Shown one piece after another: positions 61,048 to 64,000 of a stretch of 64,000 nt of DNA. Both the position numbers and the translations under genes were made by a program. The notes under the pieces are model-generated. The model was not told the origin of the DNA, searched no databases, and saw only the letters and a list, made by a program, of their open reading frames with translations. Source of the stretch: a virus; IMG/VR virus record IMGVR_UViG_3300016657_000126, positions 24,885 to 88,884 of that record, one strand, 5' to 3'. Every line of letters begins with the position of its first letter. The first letter of the stretch is position 1.

Positions 61048-63577
61048 CTTTCAGCGCCGTAGCTTCGTCTTTTACGCGCCACTTTTTTAACGCAGGTCGT
61101 TCTTTAGCAGCGAAAAGTCCCATTATAGCCTCATGTTTTGGCTGGGGCATCACCTTGTCCGGATCGCGAATGGTGAAGAGCATCTTGCTCGGCATGAGTT
61201 TCTCGTGCGCTTCCTCCACAGCATCGCTCGTGGCCGGAACGTGGAAGTTCATCGTGTCTCCGTCGTGGTCGGCGTTGAGACCGGTGCCGACGAAAGGGTT
61301 GATGGCGATGGCGTCGCCGTCGATGAGCTGAGGGCGCCCGGACAGGACCGAGAACTTGTGCCAGGCCGGCGCGCGCGAGTAGACCACGGGGCGCTCGGCG
61401 GCTTCCTGCAGGAGTGCGCGTGTGGCCAGATCAGAGCGCTGCTCGATGTGCTTGAGCGCGTCGCCGGGCGCCATGCCGTTGCGGACGAGCCGGCGCTGCA
61501 CGTGCGGCGCGTAGGCGACCCAAGCCTGGGATTTCGGGATGCCGACCTCATCCAGCCCCAGCGTGGGATCCACGACGATGACGGCGCGGCCGACGTTGTC
61601 CTGCGGCTTACCGATCAGCTTTCGAAGCGGGAAAGAGAACTTTGGGGAACCAGGACCCGTGATCTTCTTCAGGAACCCACTGACGCTGCGCGCGCGGAGC
61701 TTGTGGTTGGTCGGCTCTCCGTAGCCGTAGAGAGCGCGCTGCGCGTCGTAGAGCGCGAGGCGTGCGTCGCCCGCGGCTTGGTCTCCGAGCGCCTCGCGCG
61801 TCTCCTGGAGGATGCGCCGGTGCTCGAACAGGTCGCGGTAGAGCTCGTTAGCGTCACCCGGAATGAACGTGTCACCGGCGACAGAGAATGGACGAAAGGC
61901 CGGCGGAACGATGGGCACCGAGCGGACCATCAGGTCCTCGGGGCGCAGGTTGTTTCGGCGGAGTCCGTTGATCGCGGCCAGCCGCTTGATGGCAGGGCCT
62001 CGGCGCGTGGCTTTGCCTGACGCGAGGTCGGCACGGGCCTGCGCCTCGAGCGCGTCGAGGTCGATCGCAGCGAGCATGTCACGCAGTTTGCTGCTCGGCA
62101 TGGCGGCGGCCTGCTTCTCGCTCTCGGGCGCCTTGGGCCCCATCTGAAGCATCCACTCTGCTTGGATCTCGGCTGGTGTCTCGGGCTCGCGCAGGTCGCC
62201 GGGCTGAGGGCCGACGTAGAGCGGGTGATCGAGGTCGGACATCACCAGCGTCACCTTCTCGTCGGGATCGTTGGACGCCTGGAACTTGGCAGGGGAAAGC
62301 CCGTGATCGGTCATCTCGAACAGCGCACAGTCCTTGTATTCGCCGTCTTTGATAAAACCGAGCAGACGAAGACGTTCGTCGCAGAAGGCGGGCTCAAGCC
62401 CGAACTCCTCACCCAGCTCGCGGATGATGGTGTGGCGCAGAGTTTCGTCGCCGTCGTCCTTTCCGCCGCCGGCGGGACGCAGCTTACCTTTGGCGGGGCC
62501 GTCGGTGTTGAGCTGCAGTAGGACGGTGTCGTCTTCATTGCGGAAGAGGACGCCGGCGCCGAGACGCGACGAGCCCTGCTTCTGCATGACAGGCTCGATG
62601 AACGAGGACCACCAGGCGGCGTTGCGGCGGGTCAGTGGGATCTTTTCGCCGCCGGCACCGGTCGTGTAGCGAGTCGACTCACGCCGGATGCCTTCGGCGT
62701 CGTTCTTGACCATGGCGGCGGCCAGGCGCGGTGCCGGCACACCGTTGTAATAAAAGTCGGTCAGGCCCCAGCGGTAGCTCTCGGGCAGTTTGTCCCAAGC
62801 GCCGGCGCCGTGAGCAGCCTCGACGGCCGCGCGGGCCTTGGCGGCATGCGAGTCAATCTGCGCGCGCAGCATGCTCTGCACCTGGGCGTCGCTGTAGCTT
62901 CCGGCCCGGGGAACGCGAATGCCGGGTCCGACGGCGGGGTGACCGCGGTCGTCGTAAGTCTTCCAAGTCGAGGTAGCTTGGGAGAAGCCTTTGCGCGCGG
63001 CGTTCTCCTGCTGCCAGAGGAACTGAGCGTAGGCATCGGCGGTCGACTTGCGCGCGCCGGCCGCGGTAGCGACGGGCGGCGCGCCGCGGGGCGCTGCTAC
63101 ATGCGGGGGCGCGGGCGGGCGGAGAAGCGCGGGCTTCTTTGTCACCGGCGTAAACGTGACCGTCGCCTGCGGGGCCTCGAAATTCGCCGCCTTCTCCTGC
63201 GCGCGACGGGTCTCGAGGAAAGCGTCGAGGCGCTTCTTGAACTCGTCGCGCTTGGCCTCGGGCAACAGCTGCACCGGGTCGATGGCCCAGCTGCGAAGAG
63301 CCAGCCCGCGCCGCGGTGACGGATTCTTGGCGAACAGCGCGCCGTGCCGCTGACGGAACAGCCACCAACGACGCTTCTGCTTCTCATCATCTGCGCCGCG
63401 CCGCCCCGCGGAGTATTGCTGATACCACTGGAGGAATCCGAGCGGATCGTGCGGGCTGGTCCAGTCGTCCGGCCAGTAGTTGAGCGACTTCTTGTTGGAC
63501 GCGTGCAACCCCGCCAGCTCCTCGTGGAGCTCTTCGGGTTTAAGGTCTGGCGCGAACGGAACCTCGATGTGCGGCAT
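60995..63577 (-). CDS. polyprotein: unknown Trp-rich domain + GH24-like lysozyme + Nudix hydrolase + RNA polymerase beta' catalytic fragment
   Basis: beta': VPIVPPAFRP, LIGKPQDNVGRAVIV, RAPAWH, NADHDGD (61256-61276); Nudix box GKDDGDETLRHTIIRELGEEFGL; lysozyme E...TYDDRGHPAVGPG...LTDFYYNG...LTRR. Confidence 0.9.
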   Translation of the reverse strand: MPHIEVPFAPDLKPEELHEELAGLHASNKKSLNYWPDDWTSPHDPLGFLQWYQQYSAGRRGADDEKQKRRWWLFRQRHGALFAKNPSPRRGLALRSWAIDPVQLLPEAKRDEFKKRLDAFLETRRAQEKAANFEAPQATVTFTPVTKKPALLRPPAPPHVAAPRGAPPVATAAGARKSTADAYAQFLWQQENAARKGFSQATSTWKTYDDRGHPAVGPGIRVPRAGSYSDAQVQSMLRAQIDSHAAKARAAVEAAHGAGAWDKLPESYRWGLTDFYYNGVPAPRLAAAMVKNDAEGIRRESTRYTTGAGGEKIPLTRRNAAWWSSFIEPVMQKQGSSRLGAGVLFRNEDDTVLLQLNTDGPAKGKLRPAGGGKDDGDETLRHTIIRELGEEFGLEPAFCDERLRLLGFIKDGEYKDCALFEMTDHGLSPAKFQASNDPDEKVTLVMSDLDHPLYVGPQPGDLREPETPAEIQAEWMLQMGPKAPESEKQAAAMPSSKLRDMLAAIDLDALEAQARADLASGKATRRGPAIKRLAAINGLRRNNLRPEDLMVRSVPIVPPAFRPFSVAGDTFIPGDANELYRDLFEHRRILQETREALGDQAAGDARLALYDAQRALYGYGEPTNHKLRARSVSGFLKKITGPGSPKFSFPLRKLIGKPQDNVGRAVIVVDPTLGLDEVGIPKSQAWVAYAPHVQRRLVRNGMAPGDALKHIEQRSDLATRALLQEAAERPVVYSRAPAWHKFSVLSGRPQLIDGDAIAINPFVGTGLNADHDGDTMNFHVPATSDAVEEAHEKLMPSKMLFTIRDPDKVMPQPKHEAIMGLFAAKERPALKKWRVKDEATALKAIEQGKIDPDDEIEFGS

Positions 63578-63616
63578 GCGTGAACCTTAGCGCCGCCGGC
63601 CCCCGCGCGACAAGCC

Positions 63617-64000
63617 TCAGCCGCGCTTGAGCGCCATGCGGATCAACGCAGACACCGACGCACCAGGCTCAGCCTTCATGGCGCGGAGCACGGCCGCGCG
63701 CGCTTCCGTGGCCTTCTCTCCGAGAGCCATCAGCGCAGCGACGGCGTCAGAGTTCGGGATGATCTCGGGCGCAGCGGGTGGCGCCTCGACCGCGCCTTTC
63801 GCCACCAGCTCCTGGCGTGCCTTTGGCGGGAGGCCCGGCAGCGCCAGCATATTGGATGGCGACGGGTCGAGGACGGCAACGCGAAGGACGGTCGGAGATG
63901 CGCGTTGCATGCACAGCACAGCTTTTCCTGGACCGACGCCAGTAAGCGTCAACAACTCCTCGAACAGCACCAGGGACTCGAGCGAAGAAAAGGCGTAGGT
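63617..64000 (-). CDS. ruvA: Holliday junction DNA-binding protein RuvA (5' end beyond window)
   Basis: TYAF...LFEELLTLTGVGPGKA (HhH) and DAVAALMALG...A...V...LIRMALK (domain III). Confidence 0.88.
   Translation of the reverse strand, partial: TYAFSSLESLVLFEELLTLTGVGPGKAVLCMQRASPTVLRVAVLDPSPSNMLALPGLPPKARQELVAKGAVEAPPAAPEIIPNSDAVAALMALGEKATEARAAVLRAMKAEPGASVSALIRMALKRG

Noticed and set aside
61133-62020. Long plus-strand ORFs (also 800..1480, 4049..4888, 11403..12347, 22171..23004, 56419..57201)
   Set aside because: Antisense shadows of GC3-rich minus-strand genes; no motifs.
62100-63200. Intein or self-splicing intron explaining the inserts in the RNAP ORF
   Set aside because: The extra domains are N-terminal to the beta' fragment, not inside it, and lack Hint motifs; the frame is continuous.
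1-64000. tRNA, rRNA, integrase, transposase or IS ends
   Set aside because: No T-arm or cloverleaf signature, recombinase motif or terminal inverted repeats seen by eye; a tRNAscan or Infernal run would be decisive.

Overview
This 64 kb window looks like part of a large (jumbo-type) dsDNA phage genome. It is GC-rich and carries about 120 mostly short, tightly overlapping ORFs almost all on the minus strand; the only two credible plus-strand genes are homing-type endonucleases. No rRNA, tRNA, integrase, transposase or canonical CRISPR array was seen. Recognisable genes: RuvA (cut by the window end), an RNA polymerase beta' catalytic fragment fused to a Nudix domain, a lysozyme-like domain and an unknown domain, an RpoD-type sigma factor, a two-domain ThyX, three DNA methyltransferases (C5, N4, N6), a PAPS-reductase-like protein, two MazG-like proteins, an HD phosphohydrolase, thioredoxin, SSB, a GHKL ATPase, LuxR and AP2 DNA-binding proteins, two HNH and one GIY-YIG endonuclease. 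The host may be a Verrucomicrobiota (Opitutae-like) bacterium (inference from recalled similarity, needs BLAST). The main finding is at 1969-3925: a lone Cas7/RAMP-fold gene with no other cas genes, linked to a ~630-bp non-coding array with strict 5-nt periodicity ([NNN+GC]n, punctuated by GGC every 26-46 nt, always 5n+1), two 31-bp leader repeats and a 3' hairpin. This is a candidate RNA-guided system with a discontinuous code, similar to what I recall being described as VIPR. Second, all three homing endonucleases sit at the 3' end of a gene whose last codons are synonymously recoded, with a remnant of the original end on the far side. All assignments are by eye from motifs; no database search was run, and many start codons were moved from the ORF track to the overlap-supported start.
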